Origin: a virus | Lineage: Duplodnaviria > Heunggongvirae > Uroviricota > Caudoviricetes | Length of the DNA: 64,000 nt | IMG/VR virus record: IMGVR_UViG_3300022701_000176 | Direction: 5' to 3' (one strand) | Part shown: one piece after another, positions 1 to 10,300 of the stretch | How the letters are laid out: each line of letters opens with the position of its first letter | How positions within the stretch are numbered: position 1 is the stretch's first letter | Notes under the pieces: generated by a model | What the model was told of the DNA's origin: nothing | The model's database searches: none | The model's input: only the letters and a program-made list of their open reading frames with translations | Translations under genes and position numbers: made by a program

Positions 1-2375
1 TCAGCCGATGATATTATCGTATCTACACTCGACTTAAATAAATCATACGTACCAACAATCGCATTTTTAACAGAATCTGGAAATAATCTTTGATATATTA
101 CTGATAAAACATCTGGAATAGTTTTCTTTTCAATGTCTCGTGGTAAATTTGTCAATGGATCAATTACATCTCTATTAAAAACACTGGCAATTTGAGTACC
201 AGTTTCATTAAGAAAATCTCTTATTATTTGTGGTAAATTTTTGACAACTTCAATTAATCCACCTTTATTTCCAGCAATTCCACCATAATACATTTTCATT
301 ACTCTAAATGTATCAAATAATGGTTGAAATACACCAGATCTCGCGTATAATGATTCCCATATGGATTCAAGTTTTTCACCAATTATCTCCATAACATCTT
401 TCATTCTACCGATTAATCCAGTCTTTTCTTTACCATCTCCAACAACTAATGTTTTTATATTCTTGCTTATACCTATTATGCTATCCCATATTCCTTTTAT
501 ACCATCACCCAATTTTTTAAATATACCACCACTAAAGAAATTAAGAATACCACCAAACATTGTACTGAAAAAACCACCAGTTTTTGGTTGGGTTTCTCCA
601 TCTTCATCCTTTTTATCTGCTTTTGCTGTAGTTCCAGCTTTAGTGACTTCTTCTCCACTATGCATAAAACCAAGACCGGCTTTAATAATTCTTTTTGGAC
701 TAAATTTTCCAGATGCCATAGAAGGTAAAACTGAGCCGTCTGAATAATCTTTAACTTCAGCAGGTATCAATCTATCTCGTAATATATCTCTTATATCTGT
801 TAATAATTGAACTCGTAATTCAATAGATGGTGATTTTTTAAAATCATCTTGAATTGATCTATTACTTACTGAAGAATCAAATGGTAATATTTTTCCCATT
901 AGAGATCTAAAGAATCCCTTATTTTTAGTCTCTTCTTCATCCATTCCAAACATCTTTTTAAATATACTTGATGTTCCCTTTTGAAGATAATCACCAATCA
1001 TTCCACCTATCCATGCAGATAATGATCTTGGTTTTGGGGAATATATCGTTCCTGGTAATTCAAATCCAAGTTGCAACATTCGAGATTGCTGGAGTAATAT
1101 GGCATTAACTTCTTCTGATGCAAATCTGGCATGAACATATGTCATACCAAGAGTCTTTAATATAGCTTCTTGATATCCACCTTTTCCTAATGTTGGTAAA
1201 TCTGCTCTATATCCTGTACCAAATATAGGCAACGCATAACCAATAGTTGCTTTTAATCCAAAAACAGAACCAAACATAGAAGATAATGATCCAAATATAC
1301 CACCTCTTGCGCCACTCGATTCAGAAATGGCTCTAGAAACAATATTAGCCATTCTCTGTTCTTGCTTAGTTGCTTTAACATCATCTGCTGGATCTAAAGC
1401 TTCTGCTATTCTATGAGTATCTTCTTTCATAGATTGATCTGGTGCAATATTAAGTGGCATTTTATCATCTGTTACTATATTCATAACACCAGATTTTTTA
1501 GAAGATTCTGGCATATTACCATACCACTGCTTAAATGATTCCATACCAGAACCCATATTTGTCATAGCAGTATTAAATGCACCAGCACCCATTTGTTTAG
1601 CACCACCAATTATGCTGGAGAACATACCTCCTTCTCCACCCCCACTCCCACCTTTATCTCCACCAAAAAACATTGATTCTACCGCTAAACCAACTGGTCC
1701 ACCAAATGCACCCAATAATGGTGCTAAACCAAGACCTTTCTTAAACGGATCAGTAAACTCTTCCCTTCCACCCACTATTTCCCTTGCTTGTGCAGTTTGA
1801 TTTCCAGCATATGATCCATATATGCTGGCAGGAACTGTTAATGGGGCGGCTGCCATTTTAGCAGCACCAGATCCCATCATACCTATACCTTTTGCATACA
1901 TCTTTCCAGCACCAGCAGCAGCACTAGCAGCAGCACCACCAGCAGCAGAAGCCAATGATATAGCAGATAATTTAGTTACTTCACTAAGACCAGATGCAAT
2001 ATAACCCATCTTAGTTTGCGACTCTTCTGTAGCAATTTTTAATTCTTCTGTTGCATCAGATAAATTCATCATAGTATCATTCAATGATGTTGACATCTCC
2101 ACAGAAGAATCCATTGCTTTTACAACTTTATCATTTGACGCAGATACATCTTTTGAATATTTATTTAATTCAGATTGTATTGATATGGTTCCAGCTTTTA
2201 TGTTAGCACCAGCATCTTCAAGCATTATTTTTTTAGCACTATGTATACTACTGGCGTAATCAACAGTTTTAGCTCTCATCTGAGTTGACATTTCTGTCAA
2301 TGATTTATTAAACGTGCCTACATTGTTTATAAGCTGTTTTTTCTCATTTTCTAACTGATCATTGTAATCAACCAT
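1..2375 (-). CDS. tail tape-measure-like structural protein; start at 2375, C-terminus beyond window start
   Basis: Uninterrupted minus-strand reading frame from ATG at 2375 (RBS GAGGGTGA upstream) to position 1, more than 790 codons. N-terminal coiled-coil-like region, then long Ala/Gly-rich stretches (AAGGAAASAAAGAGK, GGDKGGSGGGEGG) typical of tape-measure proteins. The listed plus ORFs 361..747, 1612..1800 and 1822..2004 are shadows of this gene. Confidence 0.5.
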   Translation of the reverse strand, partial: MVDYNDQLENEKKQLINNVGTFNKSLTEMSTQMRAKTVDYASSIHSAKKIMLEDAGANIKAGTISIQSELNKYSKDVSASNDKVVKAMDSSVEMSTSLNDTMMNLSDATEELKIATEESQTKMGYIASGLSEVTKLSAISLASAAGGAAASAAAGAGKMYAKGIGMMGSGAAKMAAAPLTVPASIYGSYAGNQTAQAREIVGGREEFTDPFKKGLGLAPLLGAFGGPVGLAVESMFFGGDKGGSGGGEGGMFSSIIGGAKQMGAGAFNTAMTNMGSGMESFKQWYGNMPESSKKSGVMNIVTDDKMPLNIAPDQSMKEDTHRIAEALDPADDVKATKQEQRMANIVSRAISESSGARGGIFGSLSSMFGSVFGLKATIGYALPIFGTGYRADLPTLGKGGYQEAILKTLGMTYVHARFASEEVNAILLQQSRMLQLGFELPGTIYSPKPRSLSAWIGGMIGDYLQKGTSSIFKKMFGMDEEETKNKGFFRSLMGKILPFDSSVSNRSIQDDFKKSPSIELRVQLLTDIRDILRDRLIPAEVKDYSDGSVLPSMASGKFSPKRIIKAGLGFMHSGEEVTKAGTTAKADKKDEDGETQPKTGGFFSTMFGGILNFFSGGIFKKLGDGIKGIWDSIIGISKNIKTLVVGDGKEKTGLIGRMKDVMEIIGEKLESIWESLYARSGVFQPLFDTFRVMKMYYGGIAGNKGGLIEVVKNLPQIIRDFLNETGTQIASVFNRDVIDPLTNLPRDIEKKTIPDVLSVIYQRLFPDSVKNAIVGTYDLFKSSVDTIISSA

Positions 2376-2458
2376 ATCACCCTCTTATATTGGTTTAAAC
2401 GCGCATATATCCTTATTTTTAAATTTACAGTTTGTCCGATCTTTGTAAATAATCGGAC

Positions 2459-2501
2459 AAAAAAAAGAAAATAGATAACAAACTGAAATCTTATCTATTT
2501 T
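2459..2501 (-). terminator. rho-independent terminator for the 2512..3192 gene
   Basis: Inverted repeat AAAATAGATAA / TTATCTATTTT (2468-2478 and 2491-2501) followed on the minus strand by a run of 8 T. A second hairpin TTGTCCGAT / ATCGGACAA sits at 2432-2460. Confidence 0.5.
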
Positions 2502-2511
2502 CTTTTTTTAA

Positions 2512-3192
2512 TTAGAACATTATTTTAACATATCTACTTATTTTTTTATTTACAGGATGATCATTGAAATTATCATATTTAATATAAACATCGTGTAAGA
2601 ATTTATTTTGCCATTTTTTAAATATATTATTTTTATAATAATGATCTATACCCATATTTTTAACATTATCACAAAATTCTAATAATGCTGTTCCATCTAA
2701 TCGTTTTATTATTTTAATATTATTTCTGATAGCAAACGATAATTCTAATTTATCTAAGTCATACACATTCTCTTTATGTGGATATATTATTTCATACTCT
2801 ATTTCTGATTTACATTCAGGGCATAACTTAAATTTTGGACGCCATTTAGCATGTACAGATAATTTATTACATTTATTACATTTAACTATAAATTTTGAAT
2901 TAGCCCACATTCCCTGTTTAAAAATAATAATATTTTGTTTTAATTTTAAATTATATTCATCTATAAATGAATCAACATAATCAAATGAATAAAACATAAA
3001 ATTAAATATTCTAATCAAATATATTTCAAAAAGTAAAAATTCTCTCTTCGATGAATCATTTCTTTTAATTTTTAATTCATTAAATATTCCTGTTTTATTA
3101 ATATTAATAAATGGAATAAATTTATTAAAAATGAATCTAATTTTTATGATTATAAAAAATGGTAATGTGAACAAACCATATATTAATTTCAT
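2512..3192 (-). CDS. hypothetical membrane-anchored zinc-ribbon protein
   Basis: Hydrophobic N-terminus (LFTLPFFIII) and a CNKCNK...CPECK four-Cys motif. Confidence 0.4.
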   Translation of the reverse strand: MKLIYGLFTLPFFIIIKIRFIFNKFIPFININKTGIFNELKIKRNDSSKREFLLFEIYLIRIFNFMFYSFDYVDSFIDEYNLKLKQNIIIFKQGMWANSKFIVKCNKCNKLSVHAKWRPKFKLCPECKSEIEYEIIYPHKENVYDLDKLELSFAIRNNIKIIKRLDGTALLEFCDNVKNMGIDHYYKNNIFKKWQNKFLHDVYIKYDNFNDHPVNKKISRYVKIMF

Positions 3193-3265
3193 ATTATATC
3201 TCCAAAACTTTTGGGGGAATATGCATTAAACATATTCCCCATTTTATAATAATTAATTTATATTA

Positions 3266-4219
3266 TTATATATTTAAACCATTTATAGTTTTAATAATGG
3301 ATGATGTGGGTTTAACTTGATTTACAATTGCGAGAACCTCAGATGGATAAGTATATTCTTGACATGGAATTGTATCTGGATTATTTACACCTATCTGTTT
3401 ATATGCTTCAAACAAAACCATCAAACTCTCTTTTAAATATTTTTTAAATGTTGGATTATTAGACCCACCAAGATAAAACATATCTGATGCGAACATTCTA
3501 ACAATTAATTCATCAACTTTATTTTTATCTTTCACATAATTACCAATTAAGTCTCTCCATATAGAAGTTGTGTTTGATCTATTTCCTACAACCCCTCTTT
3601 GTTCATTACGCATAAATAAATCTTTTATAGAAACAGATATTTTTTTATCTAAATCTGGATATTTATTTTGCAAATAATAAACCATTATAAATCTATAAAA
3701 TGGAACTAATATCGATGACATATTATTTTTAATAGTTGAGATTGTATCATTACACGATGTGTAATGAGCAAATTCATGTGTAATTATCGGTGGAACTTCT
3801 CTATATGCTTGACCTAATAATCCAACATTATCATCTAAAAATACATATACTTTATTTGTAGATCTGTCATAAAATGCAATCATCCCACCCCGACTTGAAT
3901 ATAAATCAGGGGTGATATTTAAAAAATCTCGTTTAAAATTATTGTATTTTCTTTTTATTTCTTTCCCAAGAAATTTAAACTTTGATTTACTAATATATCC
4001 AATATACATTACTTCTTTATCAATCGCTTCTATAAATTTAGAAGCAGTTGGTTTTGATATTGGATTTGTTTCAATCCAAGTTTTCATATAATCGTTTATT
4101 CGTTTATTACTATATACATTAATCCCATCATGCGTTGTAGTCACTAATTCCAGACCATATGGTGCCAACTCTGCGAATTCTCGTAACTCAACAAATTGAG
4201 TGTAATCATTATCATCCAT
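3266..4219 (-). CDS. putative zinc metallopeptidase (HExxH)
   Basis: Motif PPIITHEFAHYTS contains HEFAH. No other domain recognised. Confidence 0.4.
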   Translation of the reverse strand: MDDNDYTQFVELREFAELAPYGLELVTTTHDGINVYSNKRINDYMKTWIETNPISKPTASKFIEAIDKEVMYIGYISKSKFKFLGKEIKRKYNNFKRDFLNITPDLYSSRGGMIAFYDRSTNKVYVFLDDNVGLLGQAYREVPPIITHEFAHYTSCNDTISTIKNNMSSILVPFYRFIMVYYLQNKYPDLDKKISVSIKDLFMRNEQRGVVGNRSNTTSIWRDLIGNYVKDKNKVDELIVRMFASDMFYLGGSNNPTFKKYLKESLMVLFEAYKQIGVNNPDTIPCQEYTYPSEVLAIVNQVKPTSSIIKTINGLNI

Positions 4220-4274
4220 AAGTATATTCCCTTTAAAATATTAATTTTAAAGTTTGTCCGTAGAATATACTTCA

Positions 4275-5128
4275 CTATGTATTAACACACACCACATCTT
4301 TAATTATATTACGTAATATAGCAGCAATATAATTATCAATGAAATGATCATCTATTCCATTTGATAATGCCGTATCTACGGCAGGATTATCTTTGAATCT
4401 TCCATAAAATTTATCTTTGAGTCTATATATAAAACTCTTTTTTCTATCATCAGTTATAACATCACATCCAGAATTAATATAAACAAAATTACCAACATGT
4501 TTCCATCCAACTAATGGTATTAATGTTACTGCATCATTATTATTTACAAATCTAAAATAATTACCAATCTGTTCGTTAAAAAGTGGTTTAAAACTATACG
4601 ATGAAAATCTTGGAGATCCATACGTATAAGTTGCAACATGTCTATCTTTTAAATTACAATCATTACTATAAATATATGCAGTAAACAATGCAGCCATTGC
4701 TCCACCCAAGCTATGACCACAAATAAATATTTTATGCTTTTTAAATTCAGTAGATAATAATTCTATAATTTTATATCCAAATGTATTTACAGCACCATTA
4801 AATCCATCATGAACTTCAGACTCAAATGGACCATTAACTTTCTCTACATCAATATCAGTTTTCACATCACGAATATCATTTGTTCCAGCAAATGCTACAA
4901 CAACAAACTGATTATCCCATATAATCAATAATTCATCGTTTCCAGATACGAATTCATAACATCCACAAGTATCTTCAGAAAATAAATTTAAACAAGTTAT
5001 TGCATTTACATCTTTTGTCTTATATGCATACTTTGATATAACAGCTAATGCATATGCGTTCGTTAAATCGAGTTCATGAATTTCTTCTAATAAATTAACT
5101 GGATAAATTTTCTCTACGTCATTACTCA
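4275..5128 (-). CDS. lipase class 3 / alpha-beta hydrolase (Ser esterase)
   Basis: GHSLGGA nucleophile-elbow motif (FICGHSLGGAMAALF) typical of the lipase_3 family. Probable start is the ATG at 5128 with RBS GAGAGGAGAA; the ORF track starts at 5147 inside the RBS. Confidence 0.6.
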
Positions 5129-5212
5129 TCTTTAATTCTCCTCTCATTATATAATTTACAAAAAATTAAATTACGTTTAATGTGGGGGTTCTTGGCAATA
5201 ATAATGATTATT

Positions 5213-5236
5213 GGTTATTACTTAATATATATATAG
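5213..5236 (-). promoter_or_regulatory. conserved early-type promoter motif (minus orientation)
   Basis: The minus strand reads CTATATATATATTAAGTAATAACC, matching the repeated plus-strand motif cacTATATATATTAAGTAATAAC, upstream of the 5128 gene start. Confidence 0.4.
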
Positions 5237-5248
5237 TCAATTTATAAT

Positions 5249-5770
5249 TTATCTTCTATTAAATGTTGGTCTTTTTTTATCAACCATAATTTCTGATATA
5301 ATATCATTATATTTTATTTCTGTTTTAATATATGCATCGATCAATATATCATTATTATCAACAATAAAATCTATTATTAAAGCAACATATTCTTTAATTA
5401 TTAATTCATCTCTAATCTCATTAAATTGAAAATTCTTGAGAATATAATGTTTAAAAGTATCACTAAGTGCATAACGTACAATATCTCTGAAAGTAAGAGT
5501 TTCAGATTCAATATAATGCATCATAGAATATATCTTTTTATATTTACCCACAATATCATAAAATACATCGATAAGTTTATATCTTCGCATTTTTATATGC
5601 TCGATATTTTCTCCAGTTTCATATTTTAAAAAATATAATTCATTTAATTTTCCATAAAACACATCATGAAGTTTATTAGTCATAAGATACTTATATAATT
5701 TATCTTTTACTCTTCCTATATTTTTACCCATAAATTCATTATCATCAATTTTCAATATCACTTTATTCAT
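5249..5770 (-). CDS. hypothetical protein
   Basis: The ORF has an internal start at 5770 with RBS AAGGGGGA. It overlaps the stop of the upstream gene by 8 nt. Confidence 0.4.
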   Translation of the reverse strand: MNKVILKIDDNEFMGKNIGRVKDKLYKYLMTNKLHDVFYGKLNELYFLKYETGENIEHIKMRRYKLIDVFYDIVGKYKKIYSMMHYIESETLTFRDIVRYALSDTFKHYILKNFQFNEIRDELIIKEYVALIIDFIVDNNDILIDAYIKTEIKYNDIISEIMVDKKRPTFNRR

Positions 5771-6119
5771 CTTGTTTATCCCCCTTTCTGCAATCAAAAC
5801 CATCATCATGTGAACATTTATCACTACCATATAAATATTTTGCAGAATCGATATCTAATCCAGCCCTTCTAAATGCAGCAATTTCTTCTGGCATTAATTT
5901 AAGAACAGCAGAATGCATTAATTCCAAATCTGTTTTATTTCTTACACGAGTAGATGTATCATGAACATAAATCGATCTATAATGATACTCTACTCCTTCT
6001 GGTTTACCATCTTCATTCAGATCCAAAACCATATTTCTTGCATCAACTACATTTTTATAATAAAACTTAGTTCCAAAATCTTCACCATCAATAGTTTTAA
6101 ATATTCTATATATTTCCAT
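5763..6119 (-). CDS. hypothetical protein
   Basis: ORF with probable start MEIYRIF at 6119 and RBS GGTGA; the track start is 6131. Confidence 0.4.
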   Translation of the reverse strand: MEIYRIFKTIDGEDFGTKFYYKNVVDARNMVLDLNEDGKPEGVEYHYRSIYVHDTSTRVRNKTDLELMHSAVLKLMPEEIAAFRRAGLDIDSAKYLYGSDKCSHDDGFDCRKGDKQDE

Positions 6120-6165
6120 TATAATCACCAATAAAAAATTAATTAAGAGTTTATATTGCAGAATC

Positions 6166-6197
6166 TGAGATGCAGATATTAATTTATCTGCATCTCA
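6166..6197. terminator. 13-bp perfect stem-loop, terminator-like
   Basis: TGAGATGCAGATA ttaatt TATCTGCATCTCA lies between the stop of 6206..7174 and the next gene. Confidence 0.35.
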
Positions 6198-6205
6198 AAC
6201 CGACT

Positions 6206-7174
6206 TTAATCAACCCACGTCCTATATGCCGGTTGGGTTGATCTGGCTTCAGAGTTAAGAACGACTTTTCTCCAGTGGAGATATTTAATCGTTCTATGAT
6301 CGGAAGGTTTAGTTTTCGATCTGGAAACGTGACGTAATCTGCCACGCACAAATCGACCACCATTTGAGAACATAGATCTTTCTCTCGTAAATGGTGAGAT
6401 GTCTAAACCAGCATCGATTAGTTGACCAACTAATTTTGAATCACGAAAGAGTTTTACCGGAACACCAACAAATTCTTCCGCTTGATGCTGATTTCCATTC
6501 CGAATATTAAACGCTTCTCCTAAATTTTTCTTTCTCTCGATAAATACTCGATTCTTATCAAGAAGAAAGTTAACGATATCTCTTTCATTTTGATTTGTTT
6601 CTACGAAGAAATATTCCCCCTGTCGTGGAGGTGTCATCTTCCGTTTTCCATCACTGAATGTAATAGATGCACCAAGAGACAATTTCGCGTCAGCAACTGT
6701 TGAGCATGGCGTTCTGAGTTGAGAGATAAACAGTTGTCTCTCATCAACTCCCCCAAGATAATGCTCTTTTCTGCCAGACGTTTTCTCGGTGATGATGAAC
6801 TCGGTGTCTGTCTCTCTGAAATTGACACCTGTTCTTTGAAGAACATTTCTACGAACTTTTACAAAATCAGAACGTCGAGATTTTTCTTCCGTATACTCAA
6901 ACGTTCTTTCATTTTCATTGACAAAAAGAACAAACTGTTGACTCTCTTTATCGATGTTGAGAATTTGAACTTCATTCTCAGCATCTCCAAAGAAAATTTC
7001 GAACCATTCGTCGATTCGAGTTCCATTGATATCGTTGCCGATATCAATTTGAACAATATTGTTCAAATTTCTCCCTCTGCCTTTTGGTTTATCAATGAAC
7101 CGAAGTTCAATATCAAGTTCATCGAATTTCCGTTTCAATATTTCAAACCGTCTATCACTCATAATACCCTCCAA
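6206..7174 (-). CDS. hypothetical protein (GC-richer, Arg-rich)
   Basis: 322-aa ORF with no recognised motif. Its composition differs from the neighbouring genes. Confidence 0.4.
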   Translation of the reverse strand: MEGIMSDRRFEILKRKFDELDIELRFIDKPKGRGRNLNNIVQIDIGNDINGTRIDEWFEIFFGDAENEVQILNIDKESQQFVLFVNENERTFEYTEEKSRRSDFVKVRRNVLQRTGVNFRETDTEFIITEKTSGRKEHYLGGVDERQLFISQLRTPCSTVADAKLSLGASITFSDGKRKMTPPRQGEYFFVETNQNERDIVNFLLDKNRVFIERKKNLGEAFNIRNGNQHQAEEFVGVPVKLFRDSKLVGQLIDAGLDISPFTRERSMFSNGGRFVRGRLRHVSRSKTKPSDHRTIKYLHWRKVVLNSEARSTQPAYRTWVD

Positions 7175-7590
7175 ATCTAATAAAAAACTTAAATATAAAA
7201 TAAAAAGCTAACAAGTCTAATCTTATATAATTTAATATATATACTTATAACTAATTAAATTTACATTAGATATTTATGTTTATATCTATAATTATTAAAA
7301 TATAACTATGAGTTCAACATACTGACATTATTATAAATAAACATTAGAGAATTAATTAAGTTTTTAGCTTGACTTAGTAAAAACTAATCAACTATCAGAT
7401 GTAAAAACAGTGATGCAAGTTATTATAATAACAGAATATAATGCAGGACAATCCTTTTCTACATTTCACTAAAAAGTTACTAAATCCAATTAATACATTA
7501 TTAATTTCTCATTTAACCCACTTAACGTACTCATTAATTAATTTTTTTATTTGTTAATATCATACTATTCATATAATCATTTTATATTCT

Positions 7591-7653
7591 ACAAAAAAAA
7601 GCAGAGATGGTAACTCGACCCTTCACGGGGGAGTACCATTCCGCTTTTTTTGA
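7591..7653. terminator. bidirectional rho-independent terminator
   Basis: A-run, then a GC-rich hairpin (gcagagATGGTAactcgacccttcacgggggagTACCATtccgc), then a T-run, immediately downstream of 7656..7943 on the minus strand. Confidence 0.55.
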
Positions 7654-7655
7654 TT

Positions 7656-7943
7656 TTATTCGCGTTTGGGTTTCTTCAACCCGAGCGCTTCAGAAACGGG
7701 TTTGTTTAAATCGGCAGTTATTGCCGATTTCAACTTCCCTTTATTGATGACAGCCAGCGTGACGAACACGCCGACAACGATGCCAACCACCCACAACAGG
7801 GGGTCAGCGAACGATATCATTTTGTGGGAGTACATGAACAAATAGTACTCCCACAAAAGTCCGTCTAATCCTGCCGGTTTACCCCCATAAATGGAGATAA
7901 ACTCGAACAAAACAAATCCTTCTACCAAACACGTAAATAACAT
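7656..7943 (-). CDS. small membrane protein (2 TM)
   Basis: RBS AAGGAGGA seven nt upstream; hydrophobic segments LFTCLVEGFVLFEFI and LLWVVGIVVGVFVTLAVI. Confidence 0.45.
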   Translation of the reverse strand: MLFTCLVEGFVLFEFISIYGGKPAGLDGLLWEYYLFMYSHKMISFADPLLWVVGIVVGVFVTLAVINKGKLKSAITADLNKPVSEALGLKKPKRE

Positions 7944-8045
7944 GACAATTCCTCCTTATTATAAGATTAATGGTTAGTAGACCGTCCAACCTCCTCAGAC
8001 GATTCTACTTATTAATTAATATATATAATAAATGGTATACTATAT

Positions 8046-8456
8046 TTAATCTAATTTTTCCATATATCGATTTATCATCTTATCGATTTGGTTAAAGTCT
8101 CTTCCAATAACAAATCCATCTTTAAACTTCTTCAAAAATAATTCTTTTTCTCCTGTTACTTCACCAATATCGATCTTAGAATCAACGAATTCCATAAACG
8201 CTACACCATCACATAATTTGTTTAAAACAGCTACATCTATAATAATAGTTACATCATCTTTAAATCTGAAACATAACATATCATTATGTAAATCATACAC
8301 GCCACCCATAACATAATTCATAGATCTTTGGATTGATCCAAGTCGTACAATATCTGGAATTGTTACAAGTGGAATATATCTATATCCTTTCCCATATGGT
8401 TCACCATATTCGATTAAATTTTCTTCATTATTGATAAGATGATACATTTCACCCAT
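8046..8456 (-). CDS. hypothetical protein
   Basis: ORF in the minus-strand gene block, tightly packed with 8458..8763. Confidence 0.4.
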   Translation of the reverse strand: MGEMYHLINNEENLIEYGEPYGKGYRYIPLVTIPDIVRLGSIQRSMNYVMGGVYDLHNDMLCFRFKDDVTIIIDVAVLNKLCDGVAFMEFVDSKIDIGEVTGEKELFLKKFKDGFVIGRDFNQIDKMINRYMEKLD

Positions 8457-8457
8457 T

Positions 8458-8763
8458 TTATTCTCCTTTATCGTTTATAGTAATTGAATCAAGATATTTA
8501 ACTATTATATCATGATTATCTTTAGATATCTTATTTTTAGATATTAATTCATTCAAAAATAATCTCAATTCGTTTGTATAACCAATGGGAACACATTCAA
8601 CTCCATCATACTGCATTTTAAATTCTCGTTGATCAGTTATATTCTTTATCTCATTCATTAATTTCAAAAATAATTCTGATTCTTGTAAATCATCAGATAT
8701 TAATGAATAAGATAATGTAGTTCTTATTTGACTAACGTTTATCATATGTACTGATTCTAACAT
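8458..8763 (-). CDS. hypothetical protein
   Basis: ORF separated from the upstream gene by 2 nt. Confidence 0.4.
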   Translation of the reverse strand: MLESVHMINVSQIRTTLSYSLISDDLQESELFLKLMNEIKNITDQREFKMQYDGVECVPIGYTNELRLFLNELISKNKISKDNHDIIVKYLDSITINDKGE

Positions 8764-8774
8764 AATATCTCCTT

Positions 8775-9257
8775 TTAAGCTGGACTCCAGAAATAATCTC
8801 TTTGCAATTTTTCTTTATATATTGCACCAAGAACTTTAAGATCTTTGAGATATCTTAAAGATTGTGATCTTGATATGCCAGACTTATTAGCAACATCACT
8901 CGATCTAATCCATTCTTCATCGACTACAACTTTGAATATTCGATTTATGAATGAGTCTGCATTATTTAATCTCTCATTAACGATTTTTCTTAATTTGAAC
9001 TCAAGACAATCTTCACAAAAATCGATTGGTAAAACGTCATTGATCATTTTTTGAACTGTCAATTTCACTTGATTATCTTTTATATCAAACATTCCATTGA
9101 TATCTTCAAGTCTCGTTATTTTTATTTTACCCAATCGAACTGTAAAAAATTTATCATTTCCACATACTTTGCAGACATCACGATCTAATTGATCAAGATT
9201 AACATTATCATGAGTTACTCTTATTCCTACTTTATCATTAAACAATACGAGTTCCAT
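8775..9257 (-). CDS. putative DNA-binding protein (zinc finger plus C-terminal HTH)
   Basis: CKVCGN...CEDC pattern and a C-terminal SDVANKSGISRSQSLRYLKDLKVLG helix-turn-helix-like segment. Start MELVLF at 9257 with RBS AAAGGAG. The promoter motif lies upstream at about 9370-9395 in minus orientation. Confidence 0.4.
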   Translation of the reverse strand: MELVLFNDKVGIRVTHDNVNLDQLDRDVCKVCGNDKFFTVRLGKIKITRLEDINGMFDIKDNQVKLTVQKMINDVLPIDFCEDCLEFKLRKIVNERLNNADSFINRIFKVVVDEEWIRSSDVANKSGISRSQSLRYLKDLKVLGAIYKEKLQRDYFWSPA

Positions 9258-9522
9258 ATACACTACTCCTTTCGTAATAAATAAAAATAAATATGTTGTC
9301 GGCATGGTCATATTCCTCCATAATATGACCATTCTTTCCTCCTTTTTATATTTAAAATGGTTAATGGTTATTATTTAATATATATAGAAAAAAATAATAT
9401 GTGGATATCACCTCCTTTCACATATTATTTTTTTAATCACATTTTACCACCAACACGGTCTGACCGGAATCGGTATCGCGACCCGGTTCGCGTCAGAGAA
9501 GACGTGTAACCGTTCCCCCAAC

Positions 9523-9566
9523 AAAAAAGAGAAAATGGACTATACATCCATAATCTCTTTTTTTGT
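9523..9566. terminator. terminator hairpin with ATGGACTATACATCCAT core (copy 1)
   Basis: AAGAGAAAATGG actatacat CCATAATCTCTT followed by TTTTTTT. The same loop and stem core recurs at 12834-12875. Confidence 0.45.
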
Positions 9567-9572
9567 ATATTA

Positions 9573-10187
9573 CTATATTCCATCAACCAGCTTATTGCTG
9601 GTTTTCATCATTTTATTGCCCCATAGCATAGTGTTAGATATGATATGGGGCATATACTTTTCGTATAATGTACCCGTATCATATTCAATTTCTCTTATGC
9701 GGGTGCCTATGTAATACGATTGAGGACCATCCTTCTTCCTCATAATCGTAATAAAATTAAAATTATAATCGGCAGCTTCCCGCCGATTTTGGAATTCCGA
9801 CCAGTCGTGTTCGAAGATTACATCTTCGTTGCCTTCGAACAATTTAACCAACGAACCGGGTTTAACCGTTTCAATCATTACTGCAACGCAGTAATTTACT
9901 TGTCGTCCAATCTCGAAAATATAAAGAACATCTTTGAACATGCATACGTGTTTAAGATGTAGATTCTTTCTATCCCCGAATTCAATCCCAGTAATATCGT
10001 CTTTAATAACAAAAATGTTTTCTTTGCATGATCTCTCTCCCCATCCATGACCATGATAGAGTCTATGGTCATCTTTGTCTTGCGACAAAATGACGCCGGG
10101 AGTGTTTAAATCTTTCCTGGTTATCATTTTAATATTATTGACGACAATAATCTCCCCATTTTTTACATTAATGATAATTTGGCTCAT
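9573..10187 (-). CDS. hypothetical protein
   Basis: 204-aa ORF with the promoter motif upstream in minus orientation at about 10222-10245. Confidence 0.4.
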   Translation of the reverse strand: MSQIIINVKNGEIIVVNNIKMITRKDLNTPGVILSQDKDDHRLYHGHGWGERSCKENIFVIKDDITGIEFGDRKNLHLKHVCMFKDVLYIFEIGRQVNYCVAVMIETVKPGSLVKLFEGNEDVIFEHDWSEFQNRREAADYNFNFITIMRKKDGPQSYYIGTRIREIEYDTGTLYEKYMPHIISNTMLWGNKMMKTSNKLVDGI

Positions 10188-10221
10188 CTTTAATTCTCCT
10201 TTTTTTGGTAAAAGTTAATGG

Positions 10222-10262
10222 TTAAAATTTAATATATATAATCACAATATATATTAAATAAT
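10222..10262. promoter_or_regulatory. divergent pair of conserved promoter motifs
   Basis: The minus strand reads gtgattATATATATTAAATTTTAACC and the plus strand reads caatATATATTAAATAATAACtaatt, arranged back to back between divergent genes. Confidence 0.4.
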
Positions 10263-10300
10263 AACTAATTAACCACTTAAAATTAAAAGGAGATTTTATT

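Noticed and set aside
361-2004. Plus-strand ORFs 361..747, 1612..1800 and 1822..2004 (Pro-rich translations)
   Set aside because: They lie antisense to a long uninterrupted minus-strand gene (tape-measure-like). Their proline-rich low-complexity products are typical shadow frames of a Gly/Ala-rich gene.
6206-7174. Nucleic-acid ligase assignment for the GC-richer 322-aa protein (TEKTSGRK resembling KxDG)
   Set aside because: The motif does not fit KxDGxR and no other ligase motifs were found.
9440-9510. tRNA gene in GC-rich patch
   Set aside because: No cloverleaf: T-loop consensus and acceptor-stem pairing are absent.
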